Shown piece after piece: positions 9,346 to 17,436 of a DNA stretch of 20,000 nt. This DNA is from an uncultured virus (IMG/VR IMGVR_UViG_3300005600_000030). Its lineage: Duplodnaviria; Heunggongvirae; Uroviricota; Caudoviricetes. A program made the translations under genes and the position numbers. Location of the stretch: the IMG/VR virus record IMGVR_UViG_3300005600_000030, positions 54,180 through 74,179 of that record; one strand, 5' to 3'. Every line of letters begins with the position of its first letter. The stretch's first letter is position 1. Below the pieces are notes generated by a model. The model was not told the DNA's origin and did no database searches. It was given only the letters and a program-made list of their open reading frames with translations.

Positions 9346-12300
9346 TTAGTTAAGTAGTGTACCCGAAGAGTTATACACGTTAATTCTGTAATGTGAACCT
9401 TGTTGTCCATCTAGTGTGTCAGCATCTAATCCAGAACCCGCACCGTCCACGGTTTTGATTGCGGTCAATAGTTCGGTTGGAGTTGAGTACGTCTCTATAG
9501 TACTAATAACACCAGATGCAGAGTCATATGCAATACCCGAACCCGCAACCATTACCCCACGAATTGTGGATGTGTGGTTAGACAGACTTGACACAGTACC
9601 AGTAACATCACCAGTTAAGTTTGCAGTAATAGTACCCGCAGTAAAGTTACCAGAAATATCACGTGCAACAATTGTCGAACCAGTATTAGAAGAAGTCGCA
9701 GTAGTTGCAGAGTTCTGTACTTTACCTGAAGTCGAAATAGTTGCAAGTTTAGTGTCTGCGATATTCGCAGTTGCATTAATCATCGCATTGGTGATGACAT
9801 TGCTTGCAATACTTGTTGTTAAACTAACATTACCAGTACCATTGAATCCAATTGCGGCCGAAGTTATGTTTCCGGTCAACGAGAAGTTTCTAGAGTTTGC
9901 AAGTTGAACCGCAGAGGTCGCAGAAGTTGCATTACCTGACAGGTTACCATATGCAGTAGCAAACTGAACATCAGCAAGAGATGCAGAGTCAAAGTTAATA
10001 TCGAACTGAGAACTAGAGGAGTCAACGTTTGCGGCAGGATATGCGTCAAAGAATTTCCAACGTTCATCTGTTGCGTCACGCACAACACCCGCATACTTTA
10101 GGGGTTCGTTTTGTTGGTTGTAGTTACCAATAAGACCCAAGTCAAGATTAAGTTCTGTTGGGTGTGCACACCAAAGGTCTGCACTATCGTGACCAGACAA
10201 GTTAATAAACTGAATTGATAGACCATTACGTAAAGGTGCAGTTAGACCGTCAGTCTTCAGATTCCAAGTTGTTTGACCATTCGCAGAATCAAATCCTGTA
10301 CCATATCCATATAGTCCTGCAAGTGAACCATAAGACATCGCATCAGAGTCGGAAATACCCCACTCGATTGTGTCACCAACACCCGCAGAATCAACAGAGA
10401 CCATACGGACAAAGTAGAATACATCACTGTCACCCAGATACTTACCCTTGAAAGTCGCATCGTTTAGGCCACCACTGCTCTGATATGCAGTACCAACAGT
10501 ATCACCATCAAGTAACTGAAGTAAGTTACCACTAGTTGTAAGAGACTGCGAAAGAACTTCGGTTGTGACACCAAGAATGTTTAAGTTACCACCAACGGTC
10601 ACGTTTGCATCGAATCGTGCGTCTTGAGTTACACGAATAGTTTCCATCGTGTGGTCAATAACATCAACGTATACACAACCCAGTGCACTATCTTGAATCA
10701 GACAGATGCCCATATCGGTTGGATAGTAAGGATATTGTGGTGCAGTTGTAGTTAACCCGCCACCTACCGCAACGTGTACTTTTTCACCAACAGTCAAGTT
10801 CTGTGTATCAATATCAGCAACAAGACCACGAGTAGTGACGTAACCGATACTACCATTGGTGATATCATGTGTCGCAAGACCTACTGCGGAAGTTGCTTCT
10901 GTTGCATCGGCAGTAGCAATAGAAGGAACCGAACCCACTTCACCAGACAGATAAACAGGTGTACCATTTATGATAGTTGAACCAGAGTTGTTATAAACTC
11001 GAATCCATTCTTCTTGACCTACCTGTAGAGTAACGTCTTCGACATCATTCTTAACTACAAGTGCACCGTTCGCAGAATCGTAGTAAACCTGACCCTCTTC
11101 ATAGTATCCTGGCGATTTACCATCAAAGTGAATATGCGAACCGTAGATATCTGGCGCTACAAGATCGTGTGTAATAATCTTGTCTTGAACACGTAGATAC
11201 TCGAAGTGTTCTTTTTCTACGTTAACTAAGATACTACCTTGTGCACCGACAGTTAGTACTGTACCCAAGTGAGTAGGATAACCACTGTCAACAGATACTT
11301 CAGTTGTACTCCACTCACCCGCAGAGTCTTTTGATAGATATGCAGTTGCACCCGCAGTCATACCTGTAGTATTTACATCACGAACCAAACCAACTTTAGT
11401 TACATAACCATGCGCACCATCAGGAATGTCCATAGTCGCAAGACCGATAGGACTTGCAGTAGATGCGGCATCTGCCTTTGCAAGAGTTACTTGAGGGTGC
11501 GCACCATGCGCAACACCGGATATGTAAACTGCTTGACCGTTATTAATCTGTGCACCAGTCAAGTTATGAACATATATTAATGTTTCTTGACCTAAGTTGA
11601 TAGTTACATCTTCGACCAACTCATTGGTTGTCGGAATGAAAGACAGACCTTTCTGAGGGTCTGAATCATAATACAATAATCCACGCAGACTGTTAGGTGC
11701 GTCAGGAAGTTTGTCCAAGTGTAAACAAGAGATTTGTGCAGAGTCAACAGTTACCTTACCGAATACAACATCATCGGTTGTTCCGACAGACTGTGCAATT
11801 GCAACTTCACCATTGCTGATTGTTACTCCAGTTCCACCAGAGAAGTGTGCACGAGTCTCACTTGCACTTGGGCCAGTATAAACCAATACCCCTGTTGCAC
11901 TATCATATGCAAGACTTCCATCACCACTAGGATTCTGAACCGACAATACATTACGTGCACGTTGGGTAGTGAAGTAGAGGTTATCTCCCTCGGTTAATTG
12001 AGTAGTTGTTTTCTGACCAAAGTCAGAATCAAACCCACTATAAGGTTGTTCTTCATAGGAGATTATACCAGTAGTTGCATTATATGCGATACTACCTGTT
12101 GCACTGATTGCATGACGTGCAGTAGTGATAGTTCTATCGGAATCATAATAGAGGTTAGTCTGACCCTGTGTCAGGTCATCGGTGGTTTTATCCCCTAAGT
12201 CCGAATCGAAATAAGTTGTTTTGTAATAAAGATTAGACGAACCTTCAGTTAGGTCGTCTGTTGTTTTGGTTCCAAGTCTAGTATCGAACATACTCTCGCC

Positions 12301-12768
12301 ACGAGCAGTAGTCCAATATAAGTTAGTCCCCTCTGATAAATCAGAAGTAGAAAAAGAAGACAATCCAATACGTGCATTAAAAGAACCACCATCTGCGGTG
12401 GATATATTAAGAGTCGCACTTGCAGAATCAAAGGTGAATGCATTAACACCCGCAACAGTTGCACTGTCAATCGCAGTGATTTGACCTTGTGCATTAACTG
12501 TTAATACAGGAATTGAGGTTGATGAACCAACACTTCCGGCAGATACGCCAGTATTGGTGATAGAGATTTCCCCTGCGGTTTCGGTTATACCCGTACCGCC
12601 AGAAACCTCTCGAAGTGTTACTACTGAACTGGAAGATGCACTATCAATTGTTTTAAAAAAAAGACGACCATCATTTGTATTGATGGCCAGTTCGCCTAGT
12701 TCTATATTTGATGTCGTGGGTGCTTTACCCTTGACAGCACTTCGCTTCAGTCTAAAAGTTGTAGACAT
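9346..12768 (-). CDS. Long fibre-like virion protein (tail, collar or head fibre)
   Basis: 1140 aa, rich in G/S/T. Fibre-type N-terminus RLKRS...GELAINTNDGRLF, four TTDDLxEGxNLY-type repeats, a duplicated internal beta domain, and the C-terminal DGAGSGLDADTLDG motif seen in phage fibres. Confidence 0.75.
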   Translation of the reverse strand: MSTTFRLKRSAVKGKAPTTSNIELGELAINTNDGRLFFKTIDSASSSSVVTLREVSGGTGITETAGEISITNTGVSAGSVGSSTSIPVLTVNAQGQITAIDSATVAGVNAFTFDSASATLNISTADGGSFNARIGLSSFSTSDLSEGTNLYWTTARGESMFDTRLGTKTTDDLTEGSSNLYYKTTYFDSDLGDKTTDDLTQGQTNLYYDSDRTITTARHAISATGSIAYNATTGIISYEEQPYSGFDSDFGQKTTTQLTEGDNLYFTTQRARNVLSVQNPSGDGSLAYDSATGVLVYTGPSASETRAHFSGGTGVTISNGEVAIAQSVGTTDDVVFGKVTVDSAQISCLHLDKLPDAPNSLRGLLYYDSDPQKGLSFIPTTNELVEDVTINLGQETLIYVHNLTGAQINNGQAVYISGVAHGAHPQVTLAKADAASTASPIGLATMDIPDGAHGYVTKVGLVRDVNTTGMTAGATAYLSKDSAGEWSTTEVSVDSGYPTHLGTVLTVGAQGSILVNVEKEHFEYLRVQDKIITHDLVAPDIYGSHIHFDGKSPGYYEEGQVYYDSANGALVVKNDVEDVTLQVGQEEWIRVYNNSGSTIINGTPVYLSGEVGSVPSIATADATEATSAVGLATHDITNGSIGYVTTRGLVADIDTQNLTVGEKVHVAVGGGLTTTAPQYPYYPTDMGICLIQDSALGCVYVDVIDHTMETIRVTQDARFDANVTVGGNLNILGVTTEVLSQSLTTSGNLLQLLDGDTVGTAYQSSGGLNDATFKGKYLGDSDVFYFVRMVSVDSAGVGDTIEWGISDSDAMSYGSLAGLYGYGTGFDSANGQTTWNLKTDGLTAPLRNGLSIQFINLSGHDSADLWCAHPTELNLDLGLIGNYNQQNEPLKYAGVVRDATDERWKFFDAYPAANVDSSSSQFDINFDSASLADVQFATAYGNLSGNATSATSAVQLANSRNFSLTGNITSAAIGFNGTGNVSLTTSIASNVITNAMINATANIADTKLATISTSGKVQNSATTATSSNTGSTIVARDISGNFTAGTITANLTGDVTGTVSSLSNHTSTIRGVMVAGSGIAYDSASGVISTIETYSTPTELLTAIKTVDGAGSGLDADTLDGQQGSHYRINVYNSSGTLLN

Positions 12769-12795
12769 TTGTCAACCTCGTTCCAATATTGGATA

Positions 12796-12815
12796 ACCCC
12801 CTTAAAGAAGGGGGT
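12796..12815. other. Intergenic GC-rich hairpin; terminator or 5' stabiliser, orientation unclear
   Basis: ACCCCCTT-AAAG-AAGGGGGT, an 8-bp stem. There is no good U-tract on the coding strand; a T-rich run follows on the plus strand. Confidence 0.6.
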
Positions 12816-12828
12816 GATGTTTTATTAT

Positions 12829-14832
12829 TTAGTATGTTCCGCCATCAAGGGTCGAGATAGTCGCGAACCCAGATGTCACGGTGAATTGGTCTGAATCAAA
12901 AGACGCAACACCTTTGTTGGAATAACTTGCAATCTCGGCAGCGAATACAATAGTGTTATCACTGTCCTGTGAAGAACCGTATGTGATATCAAGTCCTTCA
13001 CCTGCGGCAAAGAAACTGTTACCAAGGTGGTCTTCGATATATTCACTAAGAACCACGCCATTACGGTAAATCTCACCACCAACATCTAAGTCTTTATTGG
13101 TGTTCCACTTGTCTCCTGCAACAGAGTATGTAATTGTCGCAGCCGCACCATTGACCGTAATACCTGCACCATTCGCAGCAGTCGCATCTGCGGCACTATC
13201 TGCAAGGACAAGATTAAGGTCATTAATCGACATAGTGGTCGAGTTAATGATTGTTTGAGTACCCTGTACAACAAGGTCACCCAGTACAAGAACCTGTCCA
13301 CCGTTTGAGTCTCCACTCTTAGGGTCAAGTACAAGTACATTAGTTGCAGTATTAGTAGATATCTTATTACCGTCAATACGGATGTTATCTACAGTCGCAC
13401 CAGTAAGTCCGGTAAGGTCAGTAACAGTCGCACCAAGTGCAACCGCATTATCGCCAATAGTTATATCATCATTGACGAGGTCAGCATTTGCAACAGACCC
13501 AGCCTTCAGACTTACATGACCATTCGAGATTGTGAAGTCAGTGTCTTCGAAAGACGCAATACCTTTGTTGTTACCGTCTGCATCTTCACCAGATACCGAG
13601 ATGTTAGTACCTGCATGGTTTACATTGATACCTTCTCCACCAAGGATAGATATCATGTGACCAGTGATAGGAACATTACCGTCATCGGTAGTGATTTGTT
13701 TAACTACCGCAGAATCAAGACTTACATCACCCGAGTTAAGTGTGAAGTCCGCAGACTGGAATTTGGCAACACCACGTTGGGTGTAAGTTGCATTCAATGC
13801 ATCGACAGTTATAGTCGAACCAGTTCCTTCTGTGACGATACCCTGTACTGAGTTACCACCGATAGTTAATGCATGGGTTACCGGAGTTACATCACCAGAA
13901 TCAGTGCTGATACCTTTTAGTACCGCATCATTCAGGGATACTTCACCCGAAGATACACCAAAGTCTGCACTAAGGAATTGTGCAACACCCTTCGAAGAAG
14001 TGGTCGCATCATCGATTGCATAATCAATCGTGTTAGTAGAACTGGTGTAAGTAAGAGTTAAACCATTACCTGTTGCGGTAAAGGTTACATCTGAATCTAG
14101 GAGACTGATTGGGTCACTGTTAATAGTCAGGTTGGTTGCAACACTAACTTCGGACGCAGCAGTCAATCGACCATCAGAGTCAACCGTGAATGATGGGATT
14201 GCGGTTTGTGAACCGTATGTTCCTGCGGTCACACCTGTGACATCTAAGTCAAAGGTGATTGTATTGGTACCACTGTCTGCAATGGTAGTAATCGCATTAC
14301 CACCGGCATAAGTGATAAACTCTATCGAAGGAATAAAGGTAAACGAACCATTATCCGCAGCTGCGGTTGCGAGGAATTCTGCGGCAAGTGCATCAACATA
14401 TGCCTTGTTCGCAGCATCAGAATCGTGAGTAGGAGTTGCGACACCATGAAGTCCCACATTACCAAAGTCAATTTCGTTACCGTTGGTGTCAAAGGTCAAT
14501 CCACTAACAGAGGTAATTGTGCCATCTGAAAGTGTGATGAAGTTGCTACTACCAACATTAATAGTATCAATTTTACTACTAGCGTCTACGATAAGTGCAC
14601 TGTTCGGGGTCAGTGTACCTTTCGCATGGTCTAACATACTGGTGAAGAATTTACCACCAATGACTTCGTGATTAACTGCATTACCTGCGATTTCAGTACC
14701 AGTACCAATATATAATCGGTCACCACCATTGGAACCATTATCGGTTAAGTATGAATATGCTAATTCACCTTGACCAAGTGTGGTCGGGTCTCCCGCAGTT
14801 CCCGATCTTTTTATTCTTAATAATGATGCCAT
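12829..14832 (-). CDS. Fibre-like virion structural protein
   Basis: 667 aa. N-terminus RIKRS...GELAYS...RLYIG resembles that of the 1140-aa protein; DAANKAYVD motif; four A-x4-[KR]G[VI]AxFxxx[DQ]F repeats; ends LDGGTY. Confidence 0.75.
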   Translation of the reverse strand: MASLLRIKRSGTAGDPTTLGQGELAYSYLTDNGSNGGDRLYIGTGTEIAGNAVNHEVIGGKFFTSMLDHAKGTLTPNSALIVDASSKIDTINVGSSNFITLSDGTITSVSGLTFDTNGNEIDFGNVGLHGVATPTHDSDAANKAYVDALAAEFLATAAADNGSFTFIPSIEFITYAGGNAITTIADSGTNTITFDLDVTGVTAGTYGSQTAIPSFTVDSDGRLTAASEVSVATNLTINSDPISLLDSDVTFTATGNGLTLTYTSSTNTIDYAIDDATTSSKGVAQFLSADFGVSSGEVSLNDAVLKGISTDSGDVTPVTHALTIGGNSVQGIVTEGTGSTITVDALNATYTQRGVAKFQSADFTLNSGDVSLDSAVVKQITTDDGNVPITGHMISILGGEGINVNHAGTNISVSGEDADGNNKGIASFEDTDFTISNGHVSLKAGSVANADLVNDDITIGDNAVALGATVTDLTGLTGATVDNIRIDGNKISTNTATNVLVLDPKSGDSNGGQVLVLGDLVVQGTQTIINSTTMSINDLNLVLADSAADATAANGAGITVNGAAATITYSVAGDKWNTNKDLDVGGEIYRNGVVLSEYIEDHLGNSFFAAGEGLDITYGSSQDSDNTIVFAAEIASYSNKGVASFDSDQFTVTSGFATISTLDGGTY

Positions 14833-15056
14833 TAGTATTGGCCTCCGTTAACTTCTTGATTGTTTAATGTGGGTGTCGCTTCGAAATTTTCTGTGGATTC
14901 GTTATAAACTAAAATAGCACCATCAGTTACTCCTGAAGTATCCACTCCTGCAAGATTGTTGATATTACCTTGTGTAGTGTTGATACGTCTTATTGGTTTA
15001 CCAACAACAACGCGTTTTACTTTCGTTTTTCCTCTGAGGGATACCGTGACTGCCAT
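14832..15056 (-). CDS. Small virion-associated protein
   Basis: 74 aa with an LAGVDTSGVTDGAILVYN fibre-type motif; ends NGGQY; TAATG-coupled to the next gene. Confidence 0.7.
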   Translation of the reverse strand: MAVTVSLRGKTKVKRVVVGKPIRRINTTQGNINNLAGVDTSGVTDGAILVYNESTENFEATPTLNNQEVNGGQY

Positions 15057-15060
15057 TAGA

Positions 15061-15420
15061 TTACCTTGTTACCGAAGGTGTGACTTTAATCTTACCTTCC
15101 AGTATTCTTTCGATGATTGTATTTCCATCACTGTCATCAAATGACAGTTCTACGTCATAGACATATCGGTTTCTAGGGTTCAGTAAATCGGTTTCAGCAT
15201 TGGTGAGAGCGAGTACAAGAATACCGTCTTCGGGAGGATCTGTTATTGCAGTAGTGAAAGTTACGATATCGTTATCGTCAACTGAGTTGTAACTTCTTTT
15301 CATTTTCGCAGACGCAGAGTGTGCTGTCAAATCTTTTTTAGAACCATCAGTTTCCTGAAGGTGCAATTCGATTGCAACATCTGCGCCTTGGTCAATTGTA
15401 AAATCTTCGTAATCTGCCAT
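15061..15420 (-). CDS. Small Ig-like / BppU-N-like virion adaptor protein
   Basis: 119 aa with pattern TIDQGAD...DLT...RYVYDVEL...RILEGKIKVTPSVTR, which I recognise from beta-sandwich proteins that precede phage fibre genes; lies behind a late promoter. Confidence 0.7.
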   Translation of the reverse strand: MADYEDFTIDQGADVAIELHLQETDGSKKDLTAHSASAKMKRSYNSVDDNDIVTFTTAITDPPEDGILVLALTNAETDLLNPRNRYVYDVELSFDDSDGNTIIERILEGKIKVTPSVTR

Positions 15421-15484
15421 TTCCAGTTTCCATCAAACCAATGTAGTGTCTATGGTTTTATTTATATGATTTCGAAACTGGAAA
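15420..15484 (-). promoter_or_regulatory. 11-bp inverted repeat able to occlude the RBS and start codon of the 119-aa gene
   Basis: TTTCCAGTTTC (15420-15430) and GAAACTGGAAA (15474-15484) are perfect reverse complements and enclose the late promoter. Confidence 0.7.
15459..15466 (-). promoter_or_regulatory. T4-type late promoter
   Basis: Perfect TATAAATA on the minus strand, intergenic, about 40 nt upstream of the ATG at 15420. Confidence 0.85.
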
Positions 15485-15494
15485 ATACAGAAAA

Positions 15495-16190
15495 TTACTC
15501 TTCAGACATTATATCTTCGATTAAATCATCTCTGATAACCGAGGACAATTCCGAGGTATCGAAAATGAATGATACCGTCACTCTCCAACAGTCAGTTTTT
15601 GCTGAGTGGTAGAATAGTCGTTCGGGTTCTTCATAATGTCCAAAGTATGCGGCTTTACAGTTCCAACCTTGTTTATCCTTCATCTCCACGACTTCTTTGG
15701 TGGTAGGGTCAACATAATTAAATTGACCGTCTCCAGTCTCTGACCATGAGAATATTAGATTGTATGCGGGGGCGTTCGCATTATTGTGCCAAGAGATATA
15801 ACCGCCAGGTGGATAGAATGCGGTAAGTGCATTGTGTCTTACTCCCAACCATCCAAGAATCTCTTGTTGCATCCACGCAAGTTCCGCAGTCCTGTCTTTG
15901 CGGATAGATGGATGCACACCACGTTCATAAAACTCGTGGTCTTTTCTATGCACTCCAAGTTCGTACCCGTAGATAGAATCCGGAAACCCTTCGTGTCGAG
16001 TACCTTGGTCAAGAATTTCTTGTAGGTGAGTGTCACCTGCCCAGTAATGTCTATTACTTGCATCTTCTTGACATTGTAGGTGAAATGTCTCTTTGAAAGA
16101 ATCGACATCCTTCATCAAGAAGTCTCGATATCGATTCAATATTTTTAATAAGTCCCTATTCTTAACAGGGATGTCCTGCATATAACTCAT
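15495..16190 (-). CDS. 2OG-Fe(II) dioxygenase-like (DSBH) protein with an atypical HxN motif
   Basis: 231 aa with FYPPGGYISWHNN...G.F...FYHSA...RVTVSF, the usual spacing of first His, distal His and the 2OG-binding RxS/T-type strand. Confidence 0.7.
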   Translation of the reverse strand: MSYMQDIPVKNRDLLKILNRYRDFLMKDVDSFKETFHLQCQEDASNRHYWAGDTHLQEILDQGTRHEGFPDSIYGYELGVHRKDHEFYERGVHPSIRKDRTAELAWMQQEILGWLGVRHNALTAFYPPGGYISWHNNANAPAYNLIFSWSETGDGQFNYVDPTTKEVVEMKDKQGWNCKAAYFGHYEEPERLFYHSAKTDCWRVTVSFIFDTSELSSVIRDDLIEDIMSEE

Positions 16191-16921
16191 ATGATATATC
16201 CGTCTTTATCTAAACCACAAGAGTAGTGTCGAATAACAACAGGGCCAGTCGGTTTGGTGATTGCCCAGTTGAATGCGTTATAATAGTTCCAACGCAAATC
16301 GTCTTCAAGTATACCGTACTTGAGGTCTTTGTATTTATCTTCTCTTTCAGTCAACCACCAGAGACTAAACTGATCCCATGACTTGAGACTATCGATGTAT
16401 CCGTCAGGCCACCAATTACCATCCATTTGGTCTTTAGTGAGCATCTCCCAGTCAGACATAAACTCTCTTACGATAGGTTTAGTCATGTCGTATAGAGCGA
16501 CACCCCCACACAAGGTAAATTTAGTCTTACCTTCAGGTGTATCAAACTGACGTTCTGCATAGACATACTCGCGGTCATCTGTGAGTTCAGAGAATAGAAT
16601 ATCCTCTTCGCGTCTCTCCAGTTCATCGAAACATATCGCAATGTCTTCGTGTTCACATTCCATATCAACATCGAGGTACATAGTCAGGTCATAAGGAGAA
16701 CGAGCCATACCTTCGAGTTTAGCACGATAGTGACTACTGCACCATTCGACATTATCAAATAGTTCTCGGTGTTGTTCCTCGAACATCCATGGTTCACAAA
16801 ACAATGTAATCTTTGCGTCTTCATAATAATCTAGAATCGACTCTGCAAGGTTAATTGCATATCGATAGAAGTTTATCTTGTTAGATGCAACAAGTACATA
16901 ACCTCTACTCTTCTCCGACAT
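16187..16921 (-). CDS. GT-A fold (GT8-like) glycosyltransferase
   Basis: Motifs RAKL...SPYDLTMYLDVD (DxD), LCGGV, WDQFSL, RWNY and VIRHY. The ATG at 16921 is preferred because GAGG lies 9 nt upstream. ATGA overlap with the oxygenase gene. Confidence 0.8.
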   Translation of the reverse strand: MSEKSRGYVLVASNKINFYRYAINLAESILDYYEDAKITLFCEPWMFEEQHRELFDNVEWCSSHYRAKLEGMARSPYDLTMYLDVDMECEHEDIAICFDELERREEDILFSELTDDREYVYAERQFDTPEGKTKFTLCGGVALYDMTKPIVREFMSDWEMLTKDQMDGNWWPDGYIDSLKSWDQFSLWWLTEREDKYKDLKYGILEDDLRWNYYNAFNWAITKPTGPVVIRHYSCGLDKDGYII

Positions 16922-17369
16922 TCTCATTCGCCTCAAGTGCTTCTTGTAACAACATCATTGCATATAGGTTAACTTCAACTTTAGATTTTGCGCGTCTAAG
17001 TTTTGCCTTTAACTTCCGGTTCTTGGAATTTTTAATCTCTTCTGTCTCAAAGACTTCTAGTTTGTAGTTAAAAAGTTCTTCGAGTTTACGTGCACGTGCA
17101 TGTTCGGTGTCACGTTGTTTACGTTCTTCGATTTCTGCAGCTTTCCGAACTTTACGGTCTTCGGTATTTCGGTCAATAGATTCTTCACCTAGTGCACCCA
17201 CAACTTCAGCGAACATTTCATTTTCACTACCGTCTTTATTAAGACGACTCAATAACATCACTTGTTTGGTTTGACGACCAATATCATCTTCCATCTCAAG
17301 GATACAATTGACTTTGGATTTCTCAGGATTTTCCCAAAATGCATTATCCATCCATCGTTTAAAACTCAT
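16905..17369 (-). CDS. Hypothetical protein, possibly a fibre-assembly chaperone
   Basis: 154 aa with an AGGAG RBS. N-terminus NAFWENPEKSKVNC loosely recalls tail-fibre assembly proteins; the C-terminal half is charged and helical. Confidence 0.6.
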   Translation of the reverse strand: MSFKRWMDNAFWENPEKSKVNCILEMEDDIGRQTKQVMLLSRLNKDGSENEMFAEVVGALGEESIDRNTEDRKVRKAAEIEERKQRDTEHARARKLEELFNYKLEVFETEEIKNSKNRKLKAKLRRAKSKVEVNLYAMMLLQEALEANENVGEE

Positions 17370-17399
17370 TCATCATTCTCCTATGATATATTAAATTTT

Positions 17400-17428
17400 A
17401 TAATACTATATATCACCCTTGTTGTCAA
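17400..17428 (-). promoter_or_regulatory. Sigma70-type promoter
   Basis: Minus strand TTGACA (17428-17423), 17-nt spacer, TATTAT (17405-17400): perfect -35, 5/6 -10, optimal spacing. Confidence 0.7.
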
Positions 17429-17436
17429 GGGTTTTT
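17415..17436. terminator. Hairpin overlapping the -35 box, terminator-like in the plus direction
   Basis: ACCCTTG-TTGT-CAAGGGT followed by TTTT on the plus strand, directly after the repeat-gene stop. Confidence 0.45.

Noticed and set aside
9346..14832. Diversity-generating retroelement target
   Set aside because: No reverse transcriptase, no template/variable repeat pair differing at adenines, and no CLec-like C-terminus seen in the window.
15495..16921. TET/JBP plus glucosyltransferase DNA hypermodification pair
   Set aside because: Not favoured: the oxygenase lacks the HxD motif of TET/JBP and the context is virion-structural, with no nucleotide-metabolism genes. Not fully excluded.
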